From an uncultured Sphingomonadales bacterium (GTDB taxonomy: Bacteria; Pseudomonadota; Alphaproteobacteria; Sphingomonadales; Sphingomonadaceae): a stretch of DNA of 64,000 nucleotides. Where the stretch lies: NCBI GenBank assembly GCA_903839675.1, contig CAIMDB010000035.1, forward strand, positions 116,975 through 180,974, written 5' to 3'. A model generated the notes under the pieces. That model made no database searches. It saw nothing but the letters and a program-made list of their open reading frames with translations, and was not told the origin of the DNA. Below are positions 19,060 to 28,602 of this stretch, piece by piece (within the stretch, counting starts at the first letter, position 1; each line of letters starts with the position of its first letter). The translations under genes were made by a program, and so were the position numbers.

Positions 19060-21254
19060 TCTGTCACCTCTTCGGTACGCTTATCTTCTGGGCGCTTGGA
19101 CTTGCGCGATGCACCGGCAAGACGGAAGCGGAGGAACACGCAGGTGCCGCCATCCTCTCCATCTGCCACACGGATTTCGCCCCGGTTTGTGGTCGCAAAG
19201 ACACTGGCCAGATGCAGGCCAATGCCAGACCCCGTGGTGCCGGTCGCGTTGGCTCCGCGATAAAAACGTTCAAAAATGTGCGGCTTATCTTCTTCCGCAA
19301 TGCCACTGCCATAGTCTGTCACGGTTATAATCGCGTTGAACTGCTTGCGTTCAACACGGACATCAATCGGCTTTTCAGGCGGCGAATATTTTTCCGCATT
19401 TTCAAGGACCGCAATCAGCGTCAGGCGCATCAGTTCTTGGTCAGCAAGAACGACAAGTTCGGGTTCTGCAAAAACATTGAAGGCGCGATCCACTCCGGTC
19501 GCTTTGAATTCATTGCAAACTTCGACAATCAATTTGCCGAGGTCAACCGCCGCCATCGGCGCTTTGCCCTTGCCGCTATCAATGTCCAGAAGACGAACAA
19601 GACGCGTCAGCAGGCCTGCAATTCGCCCGGTTGATCGGCGCATCTTTTGGGCGCGCTCAATAACGCCTGTCGGTTCCAAACTGCTCGCCCGGCGTTCCAG
19701 AATTTGCGCGCTGGAATCAATGACGGCAAGCGGTGTACGGATTTCGTGGCTCATGACGCGCATGAAGCGGCGTTGGGTTTCGTTGGCTTCACGTTCCTTT
19801 TCAAGCGCTGCCGCCACGAGCTTTTCCTGCGCTTGGCTGCGGGCTTCGGCCGCAGACAGCTTCCTGTGGACATCCATCAGATGCATGCCGAACCGGTCAA
19901 TCTCTTCGACTTGCGACCCGCTGAATTCTGGGTCTTTCCCGCCGCGCGTCATAGTTTCGACCACGCCGGACAATTGTTCGAGCGGCTGAGCGACGACATG
20001 GCTCATCCGGCGCGACCGCACATAGAGGAATGCGAAGTAGCCGAGATAGAAGAGCACGAGGATCACCAACATGATGACGGTTGCCCGCGTATATTGTGCA
20101 CGCAGATTGTCGGCCGTCTGGTTGATGTTGGTTTCGTTGCCAACAACGATAAGATGCCAGGCCGGGCCGTCTACTTGAGCAAAAGCGGCGATACGCTCTG
20201 ATCCGCCGAGTTTGAAATGGACGTAGCCGCGCCCCTTGTCGAACACCGCCTTGCCAAGTGCCCGGGTATCTTCCCGCTTCAACAGGTTGAACTGACCAGG
20301 CTTGAAGGTGTTCTTCGCAATTGCCTTGGCATAGCTGTGGTCCGTGAGTTCGCGGACGCCAAGGTCCTTTTCCCCCGACGGTTGCAGAGCAATGATTGTG
20401 CCATCGCGCCCGACGAGCATTGCGTAAGCATTCCAAGGCAGATCTGTTGCCAGAAGATGGTCGACGATAGACCGGATCGTGACATCAATGCCGACCACGC
20501 CTTCGAGGCGGTTGCCGATATAGACCGGCGCAATGGAGGAGACCATCCAGCCCTGCCCTGCTGGGTCGATATAGGCGTCGGTCCAGACCGATTTGCGTTT
20601 GGGATTATGAGCTGAATCCGCCTCAAAATAAAAATTGAAGGACGGGATGTTCATGCGCGCGGGATAAGTCGACGTATCGATATACGGGTAGATGCGGTTG
20701 TAGCTGTCAAACGTGTTGAAATAGACTTGGGACACCAGCGGATTGCTGTTCTTGATATCGGCCATCAATGGGTCGAGCCGTTGCGTCCGCCAGACCTTTG
20801 CCAGCGCCGCGTCATCAATCGGCACGATACCACTGAAGTAGGACGCCGTCGTTCCGTTGTCTCTTGTGGTTCGGAACGCGCCATTTTTATCGAACACAAA
20901 ACGCGACCGTTCTGCCCCCGTCGGCGTCGCCTCCGTCAGAAGGGCGCTGCGCGTCTGCAGCGCAAAGATGGACGTCATGTTCATAACGCCGCGCAGTGTT
21001 TCTGAAATGGTCGTCGCCTCACGCGTGGCGATGTCTTCAAGGTAGCTGTGCGATATTTCCTGCACTGTGTTGATATTGGTGTCGTAGCTGAGCCGGCCGC
21101 TGAACCAGAAGACGGTGAGGAAGCTTATTTCGATGACCAGCAGCGGGATCACGGCCGACCGGAAAAGCGCGCGCCAGAACCAGTCCTGGAGCGAAACCCG
21201 CGCCTCTGAGATGCTGCCCTTGTTCAATCGACTTTCCCACCGGTGCTGCGGCAC
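19056..21254 (-). CDS. Membrane sensor histidine kinase (TM-dCache-TM-HAMP-HisKA-HATPase)
   Basis: Two TM helices flanking a Cache region (VWTDAYIDP...SSIAPVY...GVVGIDV); H-box MSHEIRTPL, N-box LENAEKYS, DYGSGI, IFERFYRG, GSGIGL; start uncertain (21335/21254/21227). Confidence 0.9.
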   Translation of the reverse strand: MPQHRWESRLNKGSISEARVSLQDWFWRALFRSAVIPLLVIEISFLTVFWFSGRLSYDTNINTVQEISHSYLEDIATREATTISETLRGVMNMTSIFALQTRSALLTEATPTGAERSRFVFDKNGAFRTTRDNGTTASYFSGIVPIDDAALAKVWRTQRLDPLMADIKNSNPLVSQVYFNTFDSYNRIYPYIDTSTYPARMNIPSFNFYFEADSAHNPKRKSVWTDAYIDPAGQGWMVSSIAPVYIGNRLEGVVGIDVTIRSIVDHLLATDLPWNAYAMLVGRDGTIIALQPSGEKDLGVRELTDHSYAKAIAKNTFKPGQFNLLKREDTRALGKAVFDKGRGYVHFKLGGSERIAAFAQVDGPAWHLIVVGNETNINQTADNLRAQYTRATVIMLVILVLFYLGYFAFLYVRSRRMSHVVAQPLEQLSGVVETMTRGGKDPEFSGSQVEEIDRFGMHLMDVHRKLSAAEARSQAQEKLVAAALEKEREANETQRRFMRVMSHEIRTPLAVIDSSAQILERRASSLEPTGVIERAQKMRRSTGRIAGLLTRLVRLLDIDSGKGKAPMAAVDLGKLIVEVCNEFKATGVDRAFNVFAEPELVVLADQELMRLTLIAVLENAEKYSPPEKPIDVRVERKQFNAIITVTDYGSGIAEEDKPHIFERFYRGANATGTTGSGIGLHLASVFATTNRGEIRVADGEDGGTCVFLRFRLAGASRKSKRPEDKRTEEVTE

Positions 21255-21368
21255 CCCAAATTCTTTGATGTTAACGGCAGCAAACGCCCACCCTTCACAC
21301 CTTGCCATGCCGGCCAAAACCACTGCGGATGGCAAACTGGTTCATAGCATGGCGGGGTCACCAAAGTC

Positions 21369-21383
21369 TTAACATTGCTTTAA
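21369..21383. promoter_or_regulatory. CtrA-type full site TTAA-N7-TTAA
   Basis: TTAA-cattgct-TTAA in the divergent spacer between the two halves of the signalling cassette. Confidence 0.65.
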
Positions 21384-21549
21384 GGGAGGTGTGCCAAATT
21401 ACTGCAAACTGGCACTATCTCCGTTTCGCCAAAGATCCAAAAGCCAGTAACTCCTAAGGAATCGGGTCCGTTCTAGGGAGTGGAGATCGGACCACGATGA
21501 GACAGATCGCGTCCAGGCGATCAATTTACGGTGGGGTGAACAGGACGTT

Positions 21550-22455
21550 ATGTTGAAAGAAACTATCAAGCCCTCTCAGGAGATGGCGCTCAATATCCTT
21601 CTTGTTGATGACGATAAGGATCTGCTTGTCGAGCAGGCGGACCTCCTTGATGCGTTGGGCTATAGCTGCCGGACCGCAACCTCTGCTGAAGAAGCCAAGG
21701 TCGTCTTCAACGGGCACCACGACATCAATTTGGTCATTTCCGATTGGTCACTTCCTTCGGGAAATGGCCTTGATTTGATCAAATCTCTCGGTGAAATGAA
21801 CCGGAATGGCCGCAATTTTGTCGGCATTTTGTTGACGGGCTACCCCTCAATCGAACTCGCCGTGCAGGCGATGCAGGATGGATTCGTCGACTTCCTGAGC
21901 AAGCCTGTTTCCCGCGAAATGTACGAGGCCGCTTTAAACCGCGCCAGCGAACGGTTGGCCGGGCAGGCGCAGGCAAATTCGGACACCAAGGTCGTCGAAT
22001 CGGTCGCGAGCATTCAGGAATCCCTGAACGCGCTGATGGGCAAGCTGGGTCTTCAGGATAAAGAAGCGACGACATCTGATGAAGATGTGGCCGCATCGAT
22101 CCGGAACCCGAATTCGGTGCATCCTGCCGTCCTCAAATCGATCATCAAGGCGCGCCGCAACCGGCAGAAGTATTTCGAAGGCGACCTGTTCTCCGATCCT
22201 TCGTGGGACATCCTTCTGGAACTGACGGCAGCGCACGTTGAAAACCGTCAGGAATCGGTCACAAGCGTCGCGATCGCGGCGTCAGTGCCCGCCTCCACCG
22301 CCATCCGCAAGATCCGCGAACTTTCCGATCGCGGCCTGCTCAAGCGCTGGACGGATCCAACCGACGCCCGCCGGATCTTTGTTGCGTTGACCGAGGATGC
22401 ATCAAAGCGGATGCTTGCGATGCTCGCCAGCGCCGAGAACGCGCCAATCATCTGA
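21550..22455 (+). CDS. Response regulator, REC fused to MarR-like winged-helix domain
   Basis: ILLVDDD...SDWSLP...LTGY...SKPV; C-terminal LFSDPSWDILLEL...VPASTAIRKIREL...DPTDARRIFVALT. Confidence 0.85.
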   Translation: MLKETIKPSQEMALNILLVDDDKDLLVEQADLLDALGYSCRTATSAEEAKVVFNGHHDINLVISDWSLPSGNGLDLIKSLGEMNRNGRNFVGILLTGYPSIELAVQAMQDGFVDFLSKPVSREMYEAALNRASERLAGQAQANSDTKVVESVASIQESLNALMGKLGLQDKEATTSDEDVAASIRNPNSVHPAVLKSIIKARRNRQKYFEGDLFSDPSWDILLELTAAHVENRQESVTSVAIAASVPASTAIRKIRELSDRGLLKRWTDPTDARRIFVALTEDASKRMLAMLASAENAPII

Positions 22456-22462
22456 CGATCTG

Positions 22463-23689
22463 ATGGGCGCAACGCGAAAGCAGGATAACAGGACAGCCAT
22501 CGGCCAGCAGGCGCCGGTGTCTGTCCTGCTGCGCGAATTTCGCGCGCTCATCACCCAGCGGATCCGGCAGTTGACCGGCATCCCCACCCGAAGCGAGCGC
22601 CTGACACTCAGCACCATCCGCGAGATGCATAGCGCAGGCGCCGTGGTTGCCGGGCAGGATGTCCGCTGGGATCCTGTGCGTGAACGCCTCAGCATGACGG
22701 TTCGGGATGAAGGGGGGGTTCCCCATATCGCCGAATGGACCATCCGCGGCGTTGATGCGCGGACCTTTGAGGATTCCCGCTCAGATCAACTCGTGGCAAA
22801 CTGCTTTTGGGCGGAAACCCCTGCTGGCCCAAGATGGTGTGGACTATTTGCCAGCGGAAATATGGGCCCGGGCCAGTGGCGCTCCGGCAGCGTGGTCGAA
22901 ATGCGCCGCGCCGAAGGGCGACGGGATGCGCCGCGCGATGACAGGCTGACGCAGTTGGGGGCTATGGCCTCAACCTTAAGTCATGAGCTCAAGCAGCCGC
23001 TGGCCACCATCGCGTTTGCTGCGGAAAACGGCAAGTTGCGGCTCGTCGGGCAGACCGACACCCGCAGCGAAAAGGCGCTCGAAAAGTTCGACAAGATCCT
23101 TGAACAGGTGGAGCGCGCACGGAACATCACAGGCAAGATGCTGGCCCATGCCAAGGCGGAGGTTGACGCCAATGCCGAGTTTGATCTGGAAGCTGCCATC
23201 CGCGCCGCCCAGTCGCAAGCCGCAGGCCTCCTCGTGCGCGACGACATTCAATATGGCGAAACCGCGATCCCCGAGCATGCGACCATCCTTGGCCTTTCGC
23301 GGCTGTCCTTTGAACTCATCATGCTCAATGGCATCCGAAATGCCGTGCAGGCCATCGCCGAGGCACGCGCCAAACATTTGGTGACGCGCGGGCGGATTGA
23401 TATTGCCGTTAAACGGATCGGCGCCGGCGGCCTTGCGCTGTCCATCATCGATGACGGTGCCGGCATCTCTCCTGATATTGTCGATAAGCTGTTCAGCCCC
23501 TTTGCCACCTCTAAGCAGGGGGAGGAGGGCAACGGCATTGGCCTGCACATGTGCCGCCAATTGGTCGAGAAGGTCGGCGGAACGCTGGACCTTGTGTCCA
23601 ACCCTGATGCACGCGGCGCACGGCTGGTGATGACCTTCCCGGAAAGCGCGGTGCGTTTCACGTCGCTTGGCAGCTGGCAGCAAAGCTAA
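22463..23689 (+). CDS. Soluble sensor histidine kinase (NtrB/DctB-like core) with unrecognised N-terminal region
   Basis: LGAMASTLSHELKQPL, NGIRNAVQA, DDGAGI, LFSPFATSK, GNGIGL; no TM segment. Confidence 0.88.
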   Translation: MGATRKQDNRTAIGQQAPVSVLLREFRALITQRIRQLTGIPTRSERLTLSTIREMHSAGAVVAGQDVRWDPVRERLSMTVRDEGGVPHIAEWTIRGVDARTFEDSRSDQLVANCFWAETPAGPRWCGLFASGNMGPGQWRSGSVVEMRRAEGRRDAPRDDRLTQLGAMASTLSHELKQPLATIAFAAENGKLRLVGQTDTRSEKALEKFDKILEQVERARNITGKMLAHAKAEVDANAEFDLEAAIRAAQSQAAGLLVRDDIQYGETAIPEHATILGLSRLSFELIMLNGIRNAVQAIAEARAKHLVTRGRIDIAVKRIGAGGLALSIIDDGAGISPDIVDKLFSPFATSKQGEEGNGIGLHMCRQLVEKVGGTLDLVSNPDARGARLVMTFPESAVRFTSLGSWQQS

Positions 23690-23801
23690 GCCACCAGAAA
23701 CGAAATCTGCCGCCAATCGCGGTGGCACTCCCGACGGCAAGATGGCATATCACCTGTTCACTGCGCCCGTGCGATGGCGCGCCAAGTGGAGGATAGATGA
23801 T

Positions 23802-24710
23802 ATGGCCGACCAACCCGATCCAGCGAACAACCAGCCACCGGGCTATGTCCCGCCCAAGGTCTGGGTCTGGGATACGGCCAATGGTGGCGCGTTTGCGAAC
23901 ATCAACCGGCCCATTTCCGGCGCGACACACGACAAGGAGCTGCCGATCGGCAAGCATCCCTTGCAGCTCTATTCCATGGGCACGCCCAATGGCGTCAAGG
24001 TCACGATCATGCTCGAGGAGCTGCTCGCCCTCGGTGTCAGCGAGGCGGAATATGACGCCTGGATGATCATGATCGGAACGGGAGACCAGTTCGGCAGCGA
24101 CTTTGTGGCGATCAATCCGAACTCGAAAATCCCGGCGATGATGGACCATTCGGTCAGCCCGCCCGTCCGCCTGTTCGAAAGCGGCTCGATGCTCTTCTAC
24201 CTTGCGGAAAAGTTCGGCCATTTCCTGCCGACCGAAACGCACAAGCGCGCTGAGACGATGAACTGGCTAATGTGGCAAATGGCATCGGCACCTTATGTCG
24301 GTGGCGGCCTTGGCCATTTCTACGCTTATGCGCCGTTCAAGATGCAATATCCGATTGACCGGTTTGCGATGGAAACCAAGCGCCAGCTGCATGTACTCGA
24401 CACACATCTGGCCACAAACAAATATCTGGTCGGCGACGACTATACAATTGCCGATATCGCCATCTGGCCCTGGTATGGCTCCATCATGCGCGAGGCGTAT
24501 AGCGCGCAGGAATTCCTGAATGTGAAGGAATACACCCATCTCGACCGCTGGGTGACTGAGGTCGGCAAGCGCCCCGCCGTCATCCGTGGCCGTATGGTCA
24601 ACCGCACCTTCGGCCAGCCGGAAACCCAGCTGCGCGAACGCCATGACGCGAGCGATTTTGACAATAACCGCGAAGACATGGTCATCGCCCGCGACGGCAA
24701 GCGCATCTGA
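23802..24710 (+). CDS. yghU: Glutathione-dependent disulfide-bond oxidoreductase (GST Nu class)
   Basis: YVPPKVWVW, FANINRPISG, QLYSMGTPNGVKV, NPNSKIPA, LRERHDASDF. Confidence 0.9.
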   Translation: MADQPDPANNQPPGYVPPKVWVWDTANGGAFANINRPISGATHDKELPIGKHPLQLYSMGTPNGVKVTIMLEELLALGVSEAEYDAWMIMIGTGDQFGSDFVAINPNSKIPAMMDHSVSPPVRLFESGSMLFYLAEKFGHFLPTETHKRAETMNWLMWQMASAPYVGGGLGHFYAYAPFKMQYPIDRFAMETKRQLHVLDTHLATNKYLVGDDYTIADIAIWPWYGSIMREAYSAQEFLNVKEYTHLDRWVTEVGKRPAVIRGRMVNRTFGQPETQLRERHDASDFDNNREDMVIARDGKRI

Positions 24711-24738
24711 CTGACGTGCCGCCACCCACACATAAAGA

Positions 24739-24764
24739 CGGCGCCGGAGTTTCCCCCGGCGCCG
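24739..24764. terminator. Hairpin between convergent yghU and TonB receptor
   Basis: cggcgccgg-agtttccc-ccggcgccg 9-bp stem. Confidence 0.55.
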
Positions 24765-24810
24765 CAATTTTCCAAAGCCCCGCTGCCGGGCCTCTGGCAG
24801 GAGAGTTTCT

Positions 24811-27327
24811 TTAAAACTCGAACTTAACCGAAGCCGAGATCGTCCGTCCGGCCACCGAACGGGCAATCGACGTATCGTACGCCCCGTTGGCATCGGTATC
24901 GAACAGGCGGGTCTGATCACCTTCGGTAAAGCCGGCCTTGTTGAACAGGTTGTTCGCGTTGAGCGACAGGCTCAGATTGTCACGCACCTTTACGTTCGCA
25001 AAGGCGGTCACAGTGGCGAAGCCCGGCTGCACGAAGCGGTTTTCAAAGTCGACATAGGACTTGGACGTGCCGTTGACCGCGCCGCCCAGCGTGAAGCGCT
25101 CGGCAAAGGTGTAGGACGCACCAAGGTTATAGACCCAATCTGCCTGACGCTGCGGCTTTAGGCCGTTGCGCGCCGGATCATTAAAGTCCTGCTTGGCCTG
25201 TGCATCCGTCCAGGCCCCGTTACCGAACAGGTTGAAGCCGCCAATGTCATAGTTGAACTCAAGCTCAACACCGCTCGACGTGTAGATGCCACCGGTTGCA
25301 AGGTTGGTGGTGATCGAGAAGTTGCGCAGGTTTGCCCGGCCGTTGAAGTAGGTCACATAAAGCGAGAGCGATCCGGGGATGGATGCGCTCGTTTCCCGCC
25401 ACTTCACGCCCGCTTCAATCTGGCGGGTTGAGTTGCGGAGCAGGCCGGGTGCCACGATCTGCGCGTTTGAGAACGCCCCGAACTGGCGGTCGAAGTTCCA
25501 GGTCGTGCCGCGGCTGTAGCGGCTGAAAACGGCCAGATCATCGTTGATCTTGTAATTGGCGCCGAACGAGTAAGACGTGCCGGACAGGCTATCCCCAATC
25601 GTGCCGCGTGTGGCCGGATCGTTGATCGGCACGCCGATTTCCGCCGGACCGATGCTGCCATTCTTGTTCACGTCGACATTACGGGCCGAGCTGAACTGCG
25701 CAAAGCCGCTATAGTGCATCGTCTCACGACGCAGCGAACCGTCGAGGTTGATCGCGCCAAATGTCGCGTTCAGGCCACCGTAAACGGCGTCCACATCTGC
25801 CTGCATATCCCAAAGGATGTTGCAGCAGCCGCCGAACGCGCCGTTATAGGTGTAGACACCGGCTTCGGTGAAACCGGGGACGTTGATGATGGCTGCATCA
25901 TCCTGCGTGGACACGAGCATCCGGCCCCAATGCCAGGTCTGCTTGAAGTTCTGGACCATCTTGAAATAGCCAGCCGACGCCGTGATGTCGCCACCCGCTG
26001 TTTCAAACGACTTGGTCACGCGCAGGTCGTTTGCAAAATTGCCCATGTCGTTCAATTCGGTGTCGAACAGGGCGACTTCGGTGATGAGATTGTTGCCCGT
26101 CAGCGCCAGCAGTGATGCCGAGTTTACCGCAGCACCCGCATTCGGGCCATTGAAGAACACAGCCGTCGCGCCGGGGCCAAAATTGGTCGACAGGTAGCGG
26201 TCGGCAGCGTTCGCCGCATGCGTGAACGGCGCGACGAAGCGACCGCTCTGGTTGGCGTAGCGGATCTTGTTGTTGACGGTGAGGCCAGCCCCGAGATCAA
26301 ACTCAAATTCGCCGCCAATGGTCTGCGACTTGGTGTGGATGCCGTCGCGGAGGTTGCTGTTGATCAGGTTACCGCTGGCATCGATAATCGGGAAATTGAT
26401 GAGGTTCGGGCTGTGCAGCGTCTGCGTGGCGGCGTTGAGGCCGGGCAGGCTGTTGGTGAGGACACCCAGCGTCTTGCCGTAATTGGCAGCGCCAGCCGCA
26501 ACCGCTGCAACCGAACCTGCCACTTCGGTGATGCGCACCGTCTGCGGCATGTAGGTCGCGTCTTTCTTGTCGATGACCTGACCATAGATGCGCACGAAGC
26601 CGCCATCGAATTCCTTGGTCAGGCTCGCACGGAATTTGCCACCATCAACCGCATTGAAGCCTGCATTCCGAATGTCGCCGCCAATCTGATAATGGCCGCC
26701 CAAGTGGAAATAGAGATCATCGGCAAGGCTGGCGCCATATTCGGCGTCGACGCGCGTGTCCTTATAGTCCACGCCCTTCATGAACTGGATGCTACCGCCT
26801 TCGGTCTTCCCCGTCTTGTTGATGAGGTTGATGATGGCGCCATTGCCGTTGGTTGTCAGCGTTGCTGCACTACCGCCGCGCACCGATTCAATACGGGCGA
26901 GCGTGGCATCCACCTTCACAAAGCCATCAGCAGGCGCAAAGTTGTGATCGCCGAACAAGAGGACGGGCAGGCCATCTTCCTGAAGCGAGATGAACTGCGC
27001 ACCACCGGTGACGGCGGGAAGGCCGCGGACCTGCATGTTGGAGTTACCGCCGCCGGCCGAAGATTCAGCGCGGATGCCGGGCAAACGACGGAAGATTTCC
27101 GCCGTGCCGCGCGGCGCGACATTGGCCACGCTATCGACATCAAGGGCACTCACCGAGACGCTGGTGTCGAGGCGGTTGGTTGCCTTGGCAACGCCCGTCA
27201 CAACGATCTCAGCGACGCTGGTGTCGGTTTCGTCTGACGCGTCCTGTGCGACGGCGGGCTGCACGGTAAAAGCCGCGACCGCCAGAGTGACGAGCGACGC
27301 GTGCATACGGAATGCGGATTTCTTCAT
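24811..27327 (-). CDS. TonB-dependent receptor, sugar-uptake type
   Basis: Signal peptide (AVA-QD), TonB box EIVVTG, plug motifs VRGLP...QEDGLPV...IESVRGGSA, C-terminal Phe (SVKFEF); GGGGAGAGG RBS; divergent from LacI. Confidence 0.92.
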   Translation of the reverse strand: MKKSAFRMHASLVTLAVAAFTVQPAVAQDASDETDTSVAEIVVTGVAKATNRLDTSVSVSALDVDSVANVAPRGTAEIFRRLPGIRAESSAGGGNSNMQVRGLPAVTGGAQFISLQEDGLPVLLFGDHNFAPADGFVKVDATLARIESVRGGSAATLTTNGNGAIINLINKTGKTEGGSIQFMKGVDYKDTRVDAEYGASLADDLYFHLGGHYQIGGDIRNAGFNAVDGGKFRASLTKEFDGGFVRIYGQVIDKKDATYMPQTVRITEVAGSVAAVAAGAANYGKTLGVLTNSLPGLNAATQTLHSPNLINFPIIDASGNLINSNLRDGIHTKSQTIGGEFEFDLGAGLTVNNKIRYANQSGRFVAPFTHAANAADRYLSTNFGPGATAVFFNGPNAGAAVNSASLLALTGNNLITEVALFDTELNDMGNFANDLRVTKSFETAGGDITASAGYFKMVQNFKQTWHWGRMLVSTQDDAAIINVPGFTEAGVYTYNGAFGGCCNILWDMQADVDAVYGGLNATFGAINLDGSLRRETMHYSGFAQFSSARNVDVNKNGSIGPAEIGVPINDPATRGTIGDSLSGTSYSFGANYKINDDLAVFSRYSRGTTWNFDRQFGAFSNAQIVAPGLLRNSTRQIEAGVKWRETSASIPGSLSLYVTYFNGRANLRNFSITTNLATGGIYTSSGVELEFNYDIGGFNLFGNGAWTDAQAKQDFNDPARNGLKPQRQADWVYNLGASYTFAERFTLGGAVNGTSKSYVDFENRFVQPGFATVTAFANVKVRDNLSLSLNANNLFNKAGFTEGDQTRLFDTDANGAYDTSIARSVAGRTISASVKFEF

Positions 27328-27390
27328 AACCTCTCCCCTGACCTTGAACTGGGTCCGCTTTGTGCGGGACGATGCGTTGGATAGTCCCAG

Positions 27391-27427
27391 AACAATCGAT
27401 TGCAAACAAAAAATGCAATCGATTGTA
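27391..27427. promoter_or_regulatory. Two LacI-type palindromic operators (AACAATCGATTGCA, TGCAATCGATTGTA)
   Basis: CAATCGATTG palindrome with central CG, twice, 23 bp apart, in the TBDR/LacI divergent spacer. Confidence 0.8.
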
Positions 27428-27597
27428 AATAACGCCATCTTGGCACGAAGGCGTGGCATTCTAGCCACACCCCGCGCATTGCTGGCCCTTTGGACACACC
27501 ATGCACCCAGTCGCGCCGCTGGGACATTGAGTTTCGCCTTGATTTGCATCCCGAACCCCTGAAAGGTGAACAGCGTTGAGGGGTAGTCACTGTTCGC

Positions 27598-28602
27598 ATG
27601 AGCCAGATCAAGACCATGAAGGAACTTGCCGATCTGGCGGGCGTCACCACCGGCACGGTTTCGCGGGCTTTATCCGATTCTCCGCTGATTAGCCCCAAGA
27701 CGCGCGAACGGCTTCAGGCGCTCGCGCGAGAACATGGTTTCAAACCCAATCTGCTCGCCCGCAACCTGCGGACCCAGCGCACCGGCGCCATCGGCGTCCT
27801 CATCCCGCTTGGCCATGAAAAGGGCCAGCACATCTCAGACCCGTTCTTCATCACCATGCTCGGCTACCTCGCGGATGAACTGACCGAGCGCGGCTATGAT
27901 CTGCTGCTGTCCCGCGTCATCCCAGAGGACGAAAACTGGCTCGACCAATATGTCGGCTCCGGCAAGATCGACGGGCTCATCATCATCGGCCAGTCCAACC
28001 AGTCCGAAACGCTGGATGAAGTCGCGGCGCGCTATCGCCCGATGGTCGTTTGGGGCGGACATGCGCCGGGTCAGGCGCATTGCACCGTAGGGTCCGACAA
28101 TATTCTGGGGGGAGAGATGGCCGCCCAGCATCTGATCGACCGGGGCTGCCAACGCATCGCCTTTTTTGGGGACCCGCAGGCACTCGAAATCGCCCAACGC
28201 CTCGAAGGGTGCAAGCGCGCTCTGGCGCGGGCCGGGCTCGCCGACAAGCTCACCGTCTTGCCAGCCCATCTGGTGGCCGAAGCGGCGCACCCGGACATTG
28301 CCGGCTTTCTGGGTTCGGTCAGCGAACGGCCTCAGGGCATTTTCGCCGCGTCAGATGTTATCGCGATGAGCGCGCTACGTGCCTTGGCCGAATATGGCCT
28401 TGCTGTGCCCGGCGACGTGAAGGTTATCGGCTATGACGGCCTTGCCATTGGCGAACAGACCGTGCCGCGGCTGACGAGTATCTCTCAGGACCTCCGCTTG
28501 GGCGCGACAACGATGGTCGATCTGCTGCTGCGGCGGATAGCGGGCGAAGAGGCGGGGTCGGTCGTGCTGGACCCCAGACTGATCGTGCGGATGTCGAGCT
28601 AG
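27598..28602 (+). CDS. LacI-family transcriptional regulator
   Basis: TMKELADLAGVTTGTVSRAL HTH, FKPNLLARNL hinge, periplasmic-binding-fold effector domain. Confidence 0.95.
   Translation: MSQIKTMKELADLAGVTTGTVSRALSDSPLISPKTRERLQALAREHGFKPNLLARNLRTQRTGAIGVLIPLGHEKGQHISDPFFITMLGYLADELTERGYDLLLSRVIPEDENWLDQYVGSGKIDGLIIIGQSNQSETLDEVAARYRPMVVWGGHAPGQAHCTVGSDNILGGEMAAQHLIDRGCQRIAFFGDPQALEIAQRLEGCKRALARAGLADKLTVLPAHLVAEAAHPDIAGFLGSVSERPQGIFAASDVIAMSALRALAEYGLAVPGDVKVIGYDGLAIGEQTVPRLTSISQDLRLGATTMVDLLLRRIAGEEAGSVVLDPRLIVRMSS

Noticed and set aside
21405-21425. TGGCAC hexamers (also at about 27440, 46500, 60745) as sigma-54 promoters
   Set aside because: None has TTGC at the required -12 spacing.
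17714-23800. Signalling cassette as a mobile genomic island
   Set aside because: No integrase, transposase, tRNA or flanking direct repeat seen; composition shift not quantified, so mobility is unsupported.
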